Below are positions 11,981-29,618 of a stretch of 64,000 nt of DNA, in pieces. Each line of letters opens with the position of its first letter. Within the stretch, counting starts at the first letter, position 1. Position numbers and translations under genes: made by a program. Origin of the DNA: Macrostomum lignano. Lineage: Eukaryota. A model generated the notes under the pieces. The model had not been told where the DNA came from, did not search any database, and was given only the letters and a program-made list of their open reading frames with translations. Location: positions 1-64,000 of the forward strand of contig NIVC01002944.1 in NCBI GenBank assembly GCA_002269645.1. Direction: 5' to 3'.

Positions 11981-14063
11981 CCGCGTGGTATTCGAGTCAG
12001 CTGGCGCTGGGTCCTGCTGTGGCTGGCGGCCCCGCTGGCCGCTGGCACCTGGCTGGGCGTCCTGCTTGAGCACTGCCGCTGCGCCGGCCGGCAGGAGGCC
12101 CTGCTGTCCGAGCTGATTGGCCGGCTCAGCCAGCTGGAAGCGGAGCTGCGCCAGCTGCGGCTGAAGCTGCGCGCCCGCCGGCTGCGTGGCGGCGCCAGCA
12201 CCGCCGCCTCGACCGCCTTCTTCTACGACGCTATCGGCGGCGGCGGCGCCAGCAGCGGCTCGGACGAGTTCTTCGACGCCGAGTCCGAGGCTGGGAACGC
12301 GTCCGCGGTGATGTTCAGCCTGGCCGACTCTTCGGCCGTTCCGATTGAGGACGCGGCCGAGCTGCTGGACAAAGTGGACGGCCTGCTGGAGAGCGGCGAG
12401 GACGGCCACAGGGAGGCACACAGCATTCTGCGCGACCGGCTCAAGAAAGACCGGAGATTGGCCAACCAGCCAGGGGGCCGTAGCCCAGCGGTAGCGCAGC
12501 TGCTCTGGTGTGCCGCGACCCAGGCTCGATTCCAAGTGCAGCCACATTAATTTGGGGCTGGATTGGAATCTTGGCTTGGCTCGCTTGTGCAATTAACGGC
12601 CTTGAGAGCCAACCCCCCCAAGGCGCAGTGAAGTGTACATGCCTAACAATTGATAAAGTTAGGGCCGCTGTACACTCCTGTGTGAGTGCGTGCCTGCGTA
12701 ACGTATCCGCGCGCTTGTATGCCTGCTCAGGGGAGTCGGCGGAATGGGCAGTAATGCCTCTCGCCGGTTGTGTGCCTATGACGCTTAAATTGCGCCAGGG
12801 TGCACACAACCCCCCTGCCTCTAATAAAAAAAAATGGCCAACCAGCCAGAGGTTGCTATGGGGACGCTTGCCAATACACTTCTGGTTGCTATGGGGACGC
12901 TTGTCAATTCACTTGAAGTTGTTATGGGGACGCTTGCTAACGAACCTCTGGTTGCTATGGAAACTCGGACAGTAGTAAACCTTTAGTAGTTATGGGAGAT
13001 CAGAGAATGATAAACCTCTAGCTGCTATGGGAGATCTGACGATAATAAGCCCGTGGTTGCCATGGGAACTCTGACAACAATAAACCTCTGGTGGCTATGG
13101 GAAAACTGTAGCAAAGCCATAACCGAGCTACGTCTTCAATACTGACTCAGGTTTTACTTCGCTGGGCCAAGGCCTGTCTGCAGCTGCACTTTGTTGAAGC
13201 GTCTCCCGGCGGCAACGCCTCGGTTGCTAGGGACCTGCTTGGCCAGGCTGACGCCGCGGCCGCGCAGGCGCTGGAGCTGGACACTGGCTCCGCAGAGTGC
13301 CACGCCGTGCGAGCGCGCACGCTGGGTCTGATGATCCGCAACCTGGGCATCAAAGACAAGGTGAACTTCCGCGATTACTTGTGGGACATTCACTTGACCC
13401 AATTTAGTTGTATGGGGAAGATCTTGACCTTGTCGTCCTACAACCAGCGCCCATTCCGCTGACTCCCGAGTACAGACAAGGGCGCCAATACTGCACTCAG
13501 GCACGCACTCAGACACGCGCTCACACGGGGTGTACAGCGGCCCTGACTTTCTAGTCGTCAGGCATGTACACTCTCTGTGGCTTGGGGGCCTATGGGCACA
13601 ATCTTGACCTTATTTGACCTCTGTACTTACCTTTTTCGTGACCCGCGTCCAGGTGAGCGGCGGCGTGAAGTTCCGGCAGCTGGTGGATCGCGGCCTGGAG
13701 CTGGAGCCGGAGCACGCGGACCTGCTGGAGCTGAAGGCCTGCTTCCTGTACGAGGTGAGCCGCGTCAGCTGGCTGGAGCGGCGCACGGCCGCCTACCTGT
13801 TCGGGCCGGACTGCCTGCCCGAGGCCAAGCTGGAGGACGCCCAGCGCCTGATGGACCGCGCCCTGGCCCTGCGCCCCGGCAGCGTCACCGCGCTGTACTG
13901 GGCGGCCCGCTGCCGCCTGGAGTCTGGGCAGGGCGACCGCGGCGGCGCCGACGTCACCGAGGCCCTCCGGCTGCTCCACCAGGCCAAGGAGGCCCGCGTC
14001 AACGGCGTCGAGGATCGGCGACTGCGCGATGAAGCCGAGAAGCTGCTGAATGCCTACGCCTGA
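11981..14063 (+). CDS. RMDN: Regulator of microtubule dynamics family protein (RMDN2/3, PTPIP51-like), 5'-incomplete
   Basis: Exons 11981-12490 (alternative donor at 12535), 13151-13360 and 13653-14063. N-terminal hydrophobic anchor, coiled coil, FFAT-like EFFDAES, then an RMD1-type TPR region (LLRWAKA, ALELD...AECH, GIKDK, GLELEP, SWLERRTAAYLFG). No ATG in the first visible exon. Confidence 0.8.
12620..12775 (-). repeat. Dispersed repeat family, copy 2 (inverted)
   Basis: The reverse complement matches 7935-8080 and 13440-13580. Confidence 0.7.
12845..13105. repeat. Diverged 33-35-bp tandem repeat (8 units), each with an RFX X-box-like motif
   Basis: GTTGCTATGGGGAC (12852, 12885), GTTGTTATGGGGAC (12918), GTTGCTATGGAAAC (12951), GTTGCCATGGGAAC (13056), and weaker copies at 12986, 13021 and 13091. 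Confidence 0.75.
13440..13580 (+). repeat. Dispersed repeat family, copy 3
   Basis: CCCATTCCGCTGACTCCCGAG...GTGTACAGCGGCCCTGACTTTCTAGTCGTCAGGCATGTACAC. Confidence 0.7.
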
Positions 14064-14588
14064 AGCAGCACCGGCCGCTGGTGCGAGCAAAGCAGAGAGG
14101 CTTCCGCGACCTTCAAGTGACCCCGGTGGGATTGCAGGCAACCTTCCGACACATCGATTGCGTAACTTGCCGACCCTGGGCACCTGTGGCGTCGCTTTGT
14201 ATAGTTGCTTATTGTTTTTGTTCCTGTCATGCGGACACCTCAGCTTGCTGAAGAGGAACAATGCGAGCATTTTTGTGCCGCCCCCTCCCCCATTCTCTGC
14301 CGTGTTTATGGCCTGAATTTGTGTTTGCTTGTGTTTCATACTTCATTTATTTGATATTATCAATTCATTTTGTACGGCCGCGCTGCCCTTGAATGCTGAG
14401 CCGGCTGGGCCCACCTGAGCGATGCATTCCTCACTTCGCGATGAGCACTGAGTGGAAAGCATTGACAGCTCCGTTCGGTTGAGTTTTGGCTCAGTGTAGG
14501 CGGATTTGAATTGGCGCGCATTTTTGTTTGACTGCTTTTTCTTGTGACCGCGAGTTTTAGTCGTGCACTTTGTCTTGCTTGTTTTTGT

Positions 14589-15178
14589 CTAGATCCCTGG
14601 GGATAATCCGGCCTAAGATCCCTGGGGATAATCCGGCCTAAGATCCCTGGGGATAATCCGGCCTAAGATCCCTGGGGATATCCGGCCTAAGATCCCTGGG
14701 GATATCCGGCCTAAGGTCCTTGGGTTGATGATCCTATCTAAGATCCCTGAAAATAATTCCAGTCTAAAATCCTTGGGGATAATTTCAGTCTAAGATCCTT
14801 GGGGATAATTCCGATCTAAAATCCCTGGGGATAATTCTAGTCTAAGATCCTTGGGTCGGGATAATTCCAATCGAAGATCCCTGGGTTGGGATAATTCCGG
14901 TCTAAGATCCCTGGGTTGGGATAATTCCGGTCTAAGATCTCTGGCTTGGGATAATTCCGGTCTAAGATCTCTGGGTTGGGATAATTCCGGTCTAAGATCC
15001 CTGGGTTGGGATATTCCAGTCTAAGATCCCTGGGTTGGGATAATTCCGGTCTAAGATCTCTGGCTTGGGATAATTCCGGTCTAAGATCTCTGGGTTGGGA
15101 TAATTCCGGTCTAAGATCCCTGGGTTGGGATATTCCAGTCTAAGATCCCTGGGTTGGGATAATTCCGGTCTAAGATCT
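14589..15178. repeat. Minisatellite grading from a 25-bp to a 30-bp unit, upstream of LITAF
   Basis: CTAAGATCCCTGGGGATAATCCGGC on the left, CTAAGATCCCTGGGTTGGGATAATTCCGGT on the right. Confidence 0.9.
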
Positions 15179-15253
15179 ATTAGTTTTATAAAAAATTAGG
15201 GATAATTTGAATGCCCTAATTCAAGCCACCGGCCTCACTTCCACTTCCAGCGC

Positions 15254-15685
15254 ATGGCCTCTTCCCTGCCGACCGCGCCGCCGCCGCCCTACAGGCCAAC
15301 GGAGGAGCCGGACGTGCCTCTGCTGGGCAAGGAGGAGCCGCCCGCCGCCTCCAATGCCCCTGGCAGCCAGCAGCAGCAGCCGCCGCCGTACTCTGACGCT
15401 GCCGGGCCCCCTGCTGTGGTTGTGTCCCAGCCGCAGATGGTCGTGCTGCACTCGCCGCTGGGCATGGATCCCGGCACGGCGCTGTGCCCCGCCTGCCAGC
15501 AGTTCGTGCCCACCGAGGTGAACTTTGAGACCGGCACCCTCACCTGGCTGGTGTGCGCCAGCATGTGCCTGCTGGGCCTGAACCTCGGCTGCTGCTTCAT
15601 TCCGTTCTGCATCGACACCTGCAAGGACGCCGTGCACAAGTGCCCGCACTGCGGCTCCGTGCTGCACCGCCACAGCCGCGTCTGA
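15254..15685 (+). CDS. LITAF: LITAF-domain protein (143 aa, single coding exon)
   Basis: Pro-rich N-terminus with two PPxY motifs, followed by CPAC...hydrophobic stretch...GCCFIPFCIDTCKDAVHKCPHC. An acceptor-like CTTCCAG lies 3 nt before the ATG. Confidence 0.9.
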   Translation: MASSLPTAPPPPYRPTEEPDVPLLGKEEPPAASNAPGSQQQQPPPYSDAAGPPAVVVSQPQMVVLHSPLGMDPGTALCPACQQFVPTEVNFETGTLTWLVCASMCLLGLNLGCCFIPFCIDTCKDAVHKCPHCGSVLHRHSRV

Positions 15686-15721
15686 ACCGTGCAGGCTGGT
15701 TTTAACTGAATCCTTCACTTT

Positions 15722-16613
15722 AGAGACTTGATGAATCACTTTAGACTTGATGCATCACTTTAGACTTGATGCATAACTTCAGAAACTTGACGCATCTTTT
15801 CAGACTTGATACATCACCTCAGAGACTTGATGAATCACTTTAGACTTGATGCATAACTTCAGAAACTTGACGCATCTTTTCAGACTTGATACATCACCTC
15901 AGAGACTTGATGCATCACTTCAGAAACTTGATGCATCACTTTAGAGACTTGATGCATCACTTCAGAGACTTGATGCATCACTTCAAAGACTTGATGCATC
16001 ACTTCAGAGACTTGATGCATCACTTCAGAGACTTGATGCATCACTTCAGAGACTTGATGCATCACTTCAGAAACTTGATGCATCACTTCAGAGACTTGAT
16101 GCATCACTTCAGAGACTTGATGCATCACTTCAGAGACTTGATGCATCACTTCAGAAACTTGATGCATCACTTCAGAGACTTGATGCATCACTTCAGAGAC
16201 TTGATGCATCACTTCAGAGACTTGATGCATCACTTCAGAAACTTGATGCATCACTTCAGAGACTTGATGCATCACTTCAGAAACTTGATGCATCACTTCA
16301 GAGACTTGATGCATCACTTCAGAGACTTGATGCATCACTTCAGAGACTTGATGCATCACTTCAGAAACTTGATGCATCACTTCAGAGACTTGATGCATCA
16401 CTTCAGAGACTTGATGCATCACTTCAGAGACTTGATGCATCACTTCAGAAACTTGATGCATCACTTCAGAGACTTGATGCATCACTTCAGAGACTTGATG
16501 CATCACTTCAGAGACTTGATGCATCACTTCAGAAACTTGATGCATCACTTCAGAGACTTGATGCATCACTTCAGAGACTTGATGCATCACTTCAGAGACT
16601 TGATGCATCACTT
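15722..16613. repeat. 21-bp minisatellite (~42 copies) starting ~35 nt after the LITAF stop
   Basis: Unit GACTTGATGCATCACTTCAGA. An A variant (GAAACTTG) recurs every 84 bp in the 3' half. Confidence 0.95.
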
Positions 16614-17347
16614 TGGAACTGGGGCAGATTGTATTGAAGACTGTCCATTTTTGTCCTAAAATATCTTTAGCAATAGACTTGAATAGCTGGTGCGCATGTC
16701 GCACAACTCATTTGTTAATTTTTGGTCTGAAGTGCAAAAATTTTCTGTAAAGTAAAAGTCATGATAGAGTCTTTTTTTCACTTTTTTAGAATCTTTGTTG
16801 TCAAACTCTATTTTTGCTACTTCTGAGTAGGCAACTATGGAATAAATGTGTTAGTTAGTCTATCTTGATGCGCAAAACCAACTAAGCACACGTGTTTTTA
16901 TCATTTTTCTTTTGTCAGTAGATGAGTATGAATGAATTAAAATATTCCTGTGACGTTTAGAGGTATTTTTTTATGCAATACCTTCAAAAAACATTTTTTG
17001 AAAATATATTTTTTAAAAATATTATTCAAAACATTTTTACGTGTCGTCCGGATGCATAAAAATCTTTATATTATTCTGTCCATATTAATTATTTTTTATA
17101 AAAGTACGCTACGTACTATCAATAGTTTTTATTGGATTCCTGTATTTGGTAACCAAGATTTTTTCTCTTAAATACCCTTTGTCCCGCTGGATTTATCAAA
17201 GTGTGTCCGCTTATTTTATTTATGCAGCTTGTTACATTCTAGAATTGAAAAGCAGCACAATTAACAACCACCTTTGCTTAACTATAAACTGTCAATATTA
17301 AACGGTTTCACTTTAACCTTGCTTTTCGAGGCTTACTTTTTTGTAGT

Positions 17348-19535
17348 ATGACCACTATGACCATTATGACCAGGCTGATATCTGAACTATGACCAGTATG
17401 AACAGGCTGATATCTGAACTATGACCAGTATGACCAGGCTGATATCTGAACTATGACCAGTATGACCAGGCTGATATCTGAACTATGACCAGTATGACCA
17501 GGCTGATATCTGAACTATGACCAGTATGACCAGGCTGATATCTGAACTATGACCAGTATGACCAGGCTAATATCTGAACTATGACCAGTATGACCAGGCT
17601 GATATCTGAACTATGACCAGTATGACCAGGCTGATATCTGAACTATGACCAGTATGACCAGGCTAATATCTGAACTATGACCAGGCTGATATCTGAACTA
17701 TGACCAGTATGACCAGGCTGATATCTGAACTATGACCAGTATGACCAGGCTGATATCTGAACTATGACCAGTATGACCAGGCTGATATCTGAACTATGAC
17801 CAGTATGACCAGGCTGATATCTGAACTATGACCAGTATGACCAGGCTGATATCTGAACTATGACCAGGCTGATATCTGAACTATGACCAGTATGACCAGG
17901 CTAATATCTGAACTATGACCAGGCTGATATCTGAACTATGACCAGTATGACCAGGCTGATATCTTAACTATGACCAGTATGACCAGGCTAATATCTGAAC
18001 TATGACCAGTATGACCAGGCTGATATCTGAACTATGACCAGTATGACCAGGCTAATATCTGAACTATGACCAGGCTGATATCTGAACTATGACCAGTATG
18101 ACCAGGCTGATATCTGAACTATGACCAGTATGACCAGGCTAATATCTGAACTATGACCAGTATGACCAGGCTGATATCTGAACTATGACCAGTATGACCA
18201 GTCTGATATCTGAACTATGACCATTATGACCAGGCTGATATCTGAACTATGACCAGGCTGATATCTGAACTATGACCAGCGTGACCAGGCTGATATCTGA
18301 ACTATGACCAGTATGGCCAGGCTAATATCTGAACTATGACCAGGCTGATATCTGAACTATGACCAGTATGACCAGGCTGATATCTGAACTATGACCAGGC
18401 TAATATCTGAACTATGACCAGGCTAATATCTGAACTATGACCAGCATGACCAGGCTGATATCTGAACTATGACCAGTATGACCAGGCTGATATCTTAACT
18501 ATGACCAGTATGACCAGGCTGATATCTGAACTATGACCAGTATGACCAGGCTAATATCTGAACTATGACCAGGCTGATATCTGAACTATGACCAGGCTGA
18601 TATCTGAACTATGACCAGTATGACCAGGCTGATATCTGAACTATGACCAGGCTGATATCTGAACTATGACCAGGCTGATATCTGAACTATGACCAGTATG
18701 GCCAGGCTAATATCTGAACTATGACCAGGCTGATATCTGAACTATGACCAGTATGACCAGGCTGATATCTGAACTATGACCAGGCTAATATCTGAACTAT
18801 GACCAGGCTAATATCTGAACTATGACCAGCATGACCAGGCTGATATCTGAACTATGACCAGTATGACCAGGCTGATATCTGAACTATGACCAGTATGACC
18901 AGGCTGATATCTGAACTATGACCAGTATGACCAGGCTAATATCTGAACTATGACCAGGCTGATATCTGAACTATGACCAGGCTGATATCTGAACTATGAC
19001 CAGTATGACCAGGCTGATATCTGAACTATGACCAGTATGACCAGGCTGATATCTGAACTATGACCAGTATGACCAGGCTGATATCTGAACTATGACCAGG
19101 CTGATATCTGAACTATGACCAGTATGACCAGGCTGATATCTGAACTATGACCAGTATGACCAGGCTGATATCTGAACTATGACCAGGCTGATATCTGAAC
19201 TATGACCAGGCTGATATCTGAACTATGACCAGGCTGATATCTGAACTATGACCAGTATGACCAGGCTGATATCTGAACTATGACCAGTATAACCAGGCTG
19301 ATATCTGAACTATGACCAGTATGACCAGGCTGATATCTGAACTATGACCAGTATGACCAGGCTAATATCTGAACTATGACCAGTATGACCAGGCTGATAT
19401 CTGAACTATGACCAGTATGACCAGGCTGATATCTGAACTATGACCAGTATTGACCAGCCTGATATCTGAACTATGACCAGTATGACCCTGTTGATAAATT
19501 CACAATGACCAGTATGGCCAGGCTGATATCTGAAG
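17348..19535. repeat. 2.2-kb minisatellite with 32-bp and 23-bp units, upstream of SPG7
   Basis: TATGACCAG TATGACCAG GCTGATATCTGAAC, plus a variant lacking one 9-mer. Confidence 0.95.
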
Positions 19536-19692
19536 CATGAGCAGCATGACTGATTTATAAGCCATAAGTTGAGCAGACTGATAAGGTTGCATGGCAAACT
19601 TCTGACCTAAACGGGGATCCAAACTCAAAGCATCCTCAATCAAACTCATTGCATGGTGGCCAAGGCGGCAGCCTCACTGAGCAACCTCTCGA

Positions 19693-25713
<6,021 letters not shown>

Positions 25714-26164
25714 AGCCGGCTCAGTGCCCAGTGACCCAGAAAGTTTCATCATGCTAAAAAGTCCACTATCTCCCCAAAATCAGAGAATTCAGTGAATCCC
25801 CTCTCACCTCTGCAGGTGTACCAACGAGTGCACCTTCAATTTCCCAATTAGTAGTGCATTTTGTACTTTTTATTGTCTGCCGCTCGATTAAGGTAAAATA
25901 GACTTTAATTTGTCACCTGGCTGACATCACGTAATTCTGACTAGCTTTACTGCTTTTTTCGGCCATAGGTTCTATACCTGCGTAAGCTGTTTAGCCGCAC
26001 CTTAATTAATGCGCCTAAGTTACTACTGACTGACTACTTATTACAGAAGATGCTAATCCTGGTTTAAAATTATATTCAGTCAAGTTTCGGTGCTTGAATT
26101 GTTCGCAGTTTCTTGACAGCTTTTTTTTGCCGTTTTCTGCAGTCAGCCAAGGAACATTTGGAAC

Positions 26165-26575
26165 TAAGGTGTGAACTGCGGAGACTGAGGTGTGAACTGC
26201 GGAGACTGAGGTGTGAACTGCGGAGACTGAGGTGTGAACTGCGGAGACTGGGGTGTGAACTGTGGAGACTGAGATCTGAACTGTGGAGACTGAGGTGTGA
26301 ACTGCGGAGACTGAGGTGTGAACTGTGGAGACTGATGTCTGAACTGTGGAGACTGAGGTGTGAACTGTGGAGACTGAGGTGTGAACTATTGAGACTGAGG
26401 TGTGAACTGTGGAGACAGGTGTGAACTATTGAGACTGAGGTGTGAACTGTGGAGACAGGTGTGAACTGCGGAGACTGAGGTTTGAACTGTGGAGACTGAG
26501 GTGTGAACTGTGGAGACTGAGGTGTGAACTGCGGAGACTGAGGTGTGAACTGTGGAGACTGAGGTGTGAACTGTG
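26165..26575. repeat. 21-bp minisatellite between SPG7 and NUDT8
   Basis: Unit GAGGTGTGAACTG(C/T)GGAGACT. Confidence 0.93.
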
Positions 26576-26632
26576 CAAACTGCAGCGTGAACTCTACAGC
26601 ATTGATTTTTCTATCATTACTTTTTGAGACGG

Positions 26633-27954
26633 ATGCGTCGCTTTCACTCCCAGTTCCAGCCACGCCAGCCCGACTTCGGACACAGCGCTGGGCCGCCGCC
26701 CCATCAGCCGTGCTGCCGCTGCACCAGCCTCGTGGCCGCCAACGTCGCCTCCCAGGCGGCCGAGCTGGCCGCGCTGTCCGCCTCGCACGAGCGGCTCCTG
26801 GCTGACAATGGCGTCGCCGCGGGCGTCCGCTCCGCCGTGCTGGTCTGCCTTGCCTGCGACTGTCCGAGGCCCGGGGAGGCGGGCGGCGGGCAACCGGCCC
26901 AGGCGGAGTCGCTGTCCCCGAATCCGCGGGTGCTGCTCACCAAGCGTTCGACGCGACTGACGTCATTCTCAGGACAGGTAGGCCTTCATTTGTTGGGTTT
27001 TCTGCCCTAAAATAGTTTTTTGCGCTACATATCGGCGCTTGGTATCAGTACTCTTTTATTGAAATTCTACCCTTAGCAGCCGACTTTTGTTCTGATGTAT
27101 TATTATTGTAGTAACACTGATTACGCTACATATCGGTTAATCCAAACTTATTCCTAGAGATCATTAATGAAACGGTTTACGCTACATATCGGCAGTCTAA
27201 ACTCATTTGTGGAGAGAATTAGTAAAACTGATTACGCTACATATCGGCAGTCCAAACTTCCTAGAGATACATGTAATTAGTGAAACTGTTTACGCTGCAT
27301 ATCGGCAGTCCAAACTTATTTCTAGAGATAATGAGTGAAACTGTTTACGCTACATATCGGCAGTTGATCTAGTTCAGAAATACGACAGGGCTTTGAAATC
27401 TCTCTTCTTTCATCTCGCAGGTGTCGTTCCCGGGCGGCAAGTCGGACCCGGGCGCCGATGCCGGCCCGGTGGCCACAGCGCTCCGCGAAGCCGCTGAAGA
27501 GATCGGCCTGTCTCCCGGCTTGGTCCGCGTGCTCGCCGTACTGCCCGTGATGCCGCTTGGCCGGCACCTCGTGACCCCGGTGCTCGCCTACCTGGCGCCC
27601 AGGCTCAGCCGGGTCCGCCTCGCGCCAAATCCCGATGAGGTCGACGAGCTGCTGACGCCGCTGCTGCGCTGGGCTCTGCCAGACGGCGGTGCCCCGGCCG
27701 CTGGCCGCCTCGAGTTCCGCAGCCGCCGCGTGGGGCGCTGGCTGGATTGCGACATCCCCGTGCTGTCGCTGCGGCCCGGCCTGGCCGTGTTCGGCTTCAC
27801 CTGCCACCTGCTGGTGCTGGCCGCCTGCATCTGCCACCGCCGCTACCCGCTGTACCCGCTGGAGCCCTTCTGCCACGGCCTGCTGCTGCTGGGCCTGTTG
27901 GTTGGCCAGGGCCTCCTGCTGCCCGACCCTGAGCGGCTCATCAGCCGGCTCTGA
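26633..27954 (+). CDS. NUDT8: Nudix CoA diphosphatase, NUDT8/NUDT7 type (~292 aa, 2 exons)
   Basis: Exons 26633-26977 and 27421-27954. SAVLV...VLLTKRSTRL..FSGQ|VSFPGGKSDP...ATALREAAEEIGL (CoA motif plus Nudix box), VTPVLA, NPDEVDEL, VFGFT. The start codon is inferred. Confidence 0.85.
27020..27365. repeat. Diverged ~56-bp repeat in the NUDT8 intron
   Basis: Recurring core TTACGCTACATATCGGCAGT.CAAACT, about 6 times. Confidence 0.75.
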
Positions 27955-27979
27955 CCTGCCTGCATTGGATTCGGGTCAG

Positions 27980-28757
27980 AGATATGAGTCATGAGTCTGA
28001 TCACTCAGAGATATGAGTCACTAGTCTGATCACTCAGAAATATGAGTCACGAGTCTGATCACTCAGATATGAGTCATGAGTCTGATCACTCAGAGATATG
28101 AGTCATGAGTCTGATCACTCAGAGATATGAGTCATGAGTCTGATCACTCAGAGATATGAGTCATGAGTCTGATCACTCAGAGATATGAGTCATGAGTCTG
28201 ATCACTCAGATATGAGTCATGAGTCTGATCACTCAGAGATATGAGTCATGAGTCTGATCACTCAGAGATATGAGTCATGAGTCTGATCGCTCAGAGATAT
28301 GAGTCATGAGTCTGATCACTCAGAGATGAGTCATGAGTCTGATCACTCAGAGATGAGTCATGAGTCTGATCACTCAGAGATGAGTCATGAGTCTGATCAC
28401 TCAGAGATATGAGTCATGAGTCTGATCACTCAGAGATGAGTCATGAGTCTGATCACTCAGAGATGAGTCATGAGTCTGATCACTCAGAGATGAGTCATGA
28501 GTCTGATCGCTCAGAGATATGAATCACGAGTCTGATCACTCAGAGATGAGTCACGAGTCTGATCACTCAGAGATGAGTCATGAGTCTGATCGCTCAGAGA
28601 TATGAGTCATGAGTCTGATCACTCAGAGATGAGTCATGAGTCTGATCACTCAGAGATGAGTCATGAGTCTGATCGCTCAGAGATATGAATCACGAGTCTG
28701 ATCACTCAGAGATGAGTCACGAGTCTGATCACTCAGAGATGAGTCACGAGTCTGATA
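27980..28757. repeat. 27/29-bp minisatellite starting ~25 nt after the NUDT8 stop
   Basis: Unit ATGAGTCATGAGTCTGATCACTCAGAG(AT), about 27 copies. Confidence 0.95.
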
Positions 28758-29449
28758 GTAAACAGAACGGTGACTCGCTCATATTTTATTGCTTACATTT
28801 CCAACGTCTTCTACCAACTGTTTAGTTTTGTACTTTTTACTAATCGATAAAGACCCTAAGATACTACTTAGCACTTGTTGTGATATTGATTTTTGTTTAG
28901 CTTTCTTGATTTCAACAATGCTCTCGCCTACTGTAAGTAGATGTGCATGATTTTTAGCCATAATTTGCATTTTCGATTGGCCGACAGTCCGTCGCGTTAA
29001 AAAAAGCAAGATAAGAGAGCCGGAGCTGTGCCGCATGGGACTGTCTTTGTCGCTTTACGAGCGTAGTCTTTATTTTGTTCAATAAGAATGTAAATTGATA
29101 TATATTGGAACGTTGGCACATTGTTGGGGCTCTGCTGCTTGCCGTAGCTGATACAAAACCAATCCCGACACCCTGAAATACGGGACGGCAATGGCGGATA
29201 ATTTATGGCGCCTCTCGGCCTCCCCTTTTCCCTTTTTCCCTTCAGCCGTGCCCAGTCTGTTTTTTTGTCTCGAAATTTGTTAGCGCCGTCTTCTCTTTCT
29301 GGCGAGCTCCTTCTTGATTCCGGTTTCAGGGGGGGGGGGGGGGTTGGGACCTCTCGTTCGAGTGTTGCTTTGCGGGCACTGAAGCTGTGCTTATTATTGC
29401 TGTGTACTTTAGAGTGCGCGCTCTGGGAGCCAACAGTAGTATGTAGAGC

Positions 29450-29618
29450 GGACAGACAGACCGACAGTGTGACAGACAGACAGACAGACCAACAGTGTGA
29501 CAGACAGATAGGCAGGCAGGCAGGCATGCATGCAGGTAGACAGACAGACAGACGACCGACCGACAGACAGACAGGCAGACAGATAGACAGACAGGCAGAC
29601 AGACAGACAGACAGACAG
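29450..29618. repeat. (GACA)n-type microsatellite
   Basis: Imperfect AGAC/AGGC tetranucleotide run. Confidence 0.85.

Noticed and set aside
15880-16704. Long repetitive ORFs (MHQVSEV, DLMHHFR and similar ones at 20205, 22819, 25002, 32967, 48055, 49585, 54632 and 61370)
   Set aside because: They are translations of stop-free minisatellites lying in introns or flanks, often open in several frames.
28760-29330. Short minus-strand ORFs as a transposon or gene fragment
   Set aside because: No motif I can assign, and no splice or terminal-repeat support.
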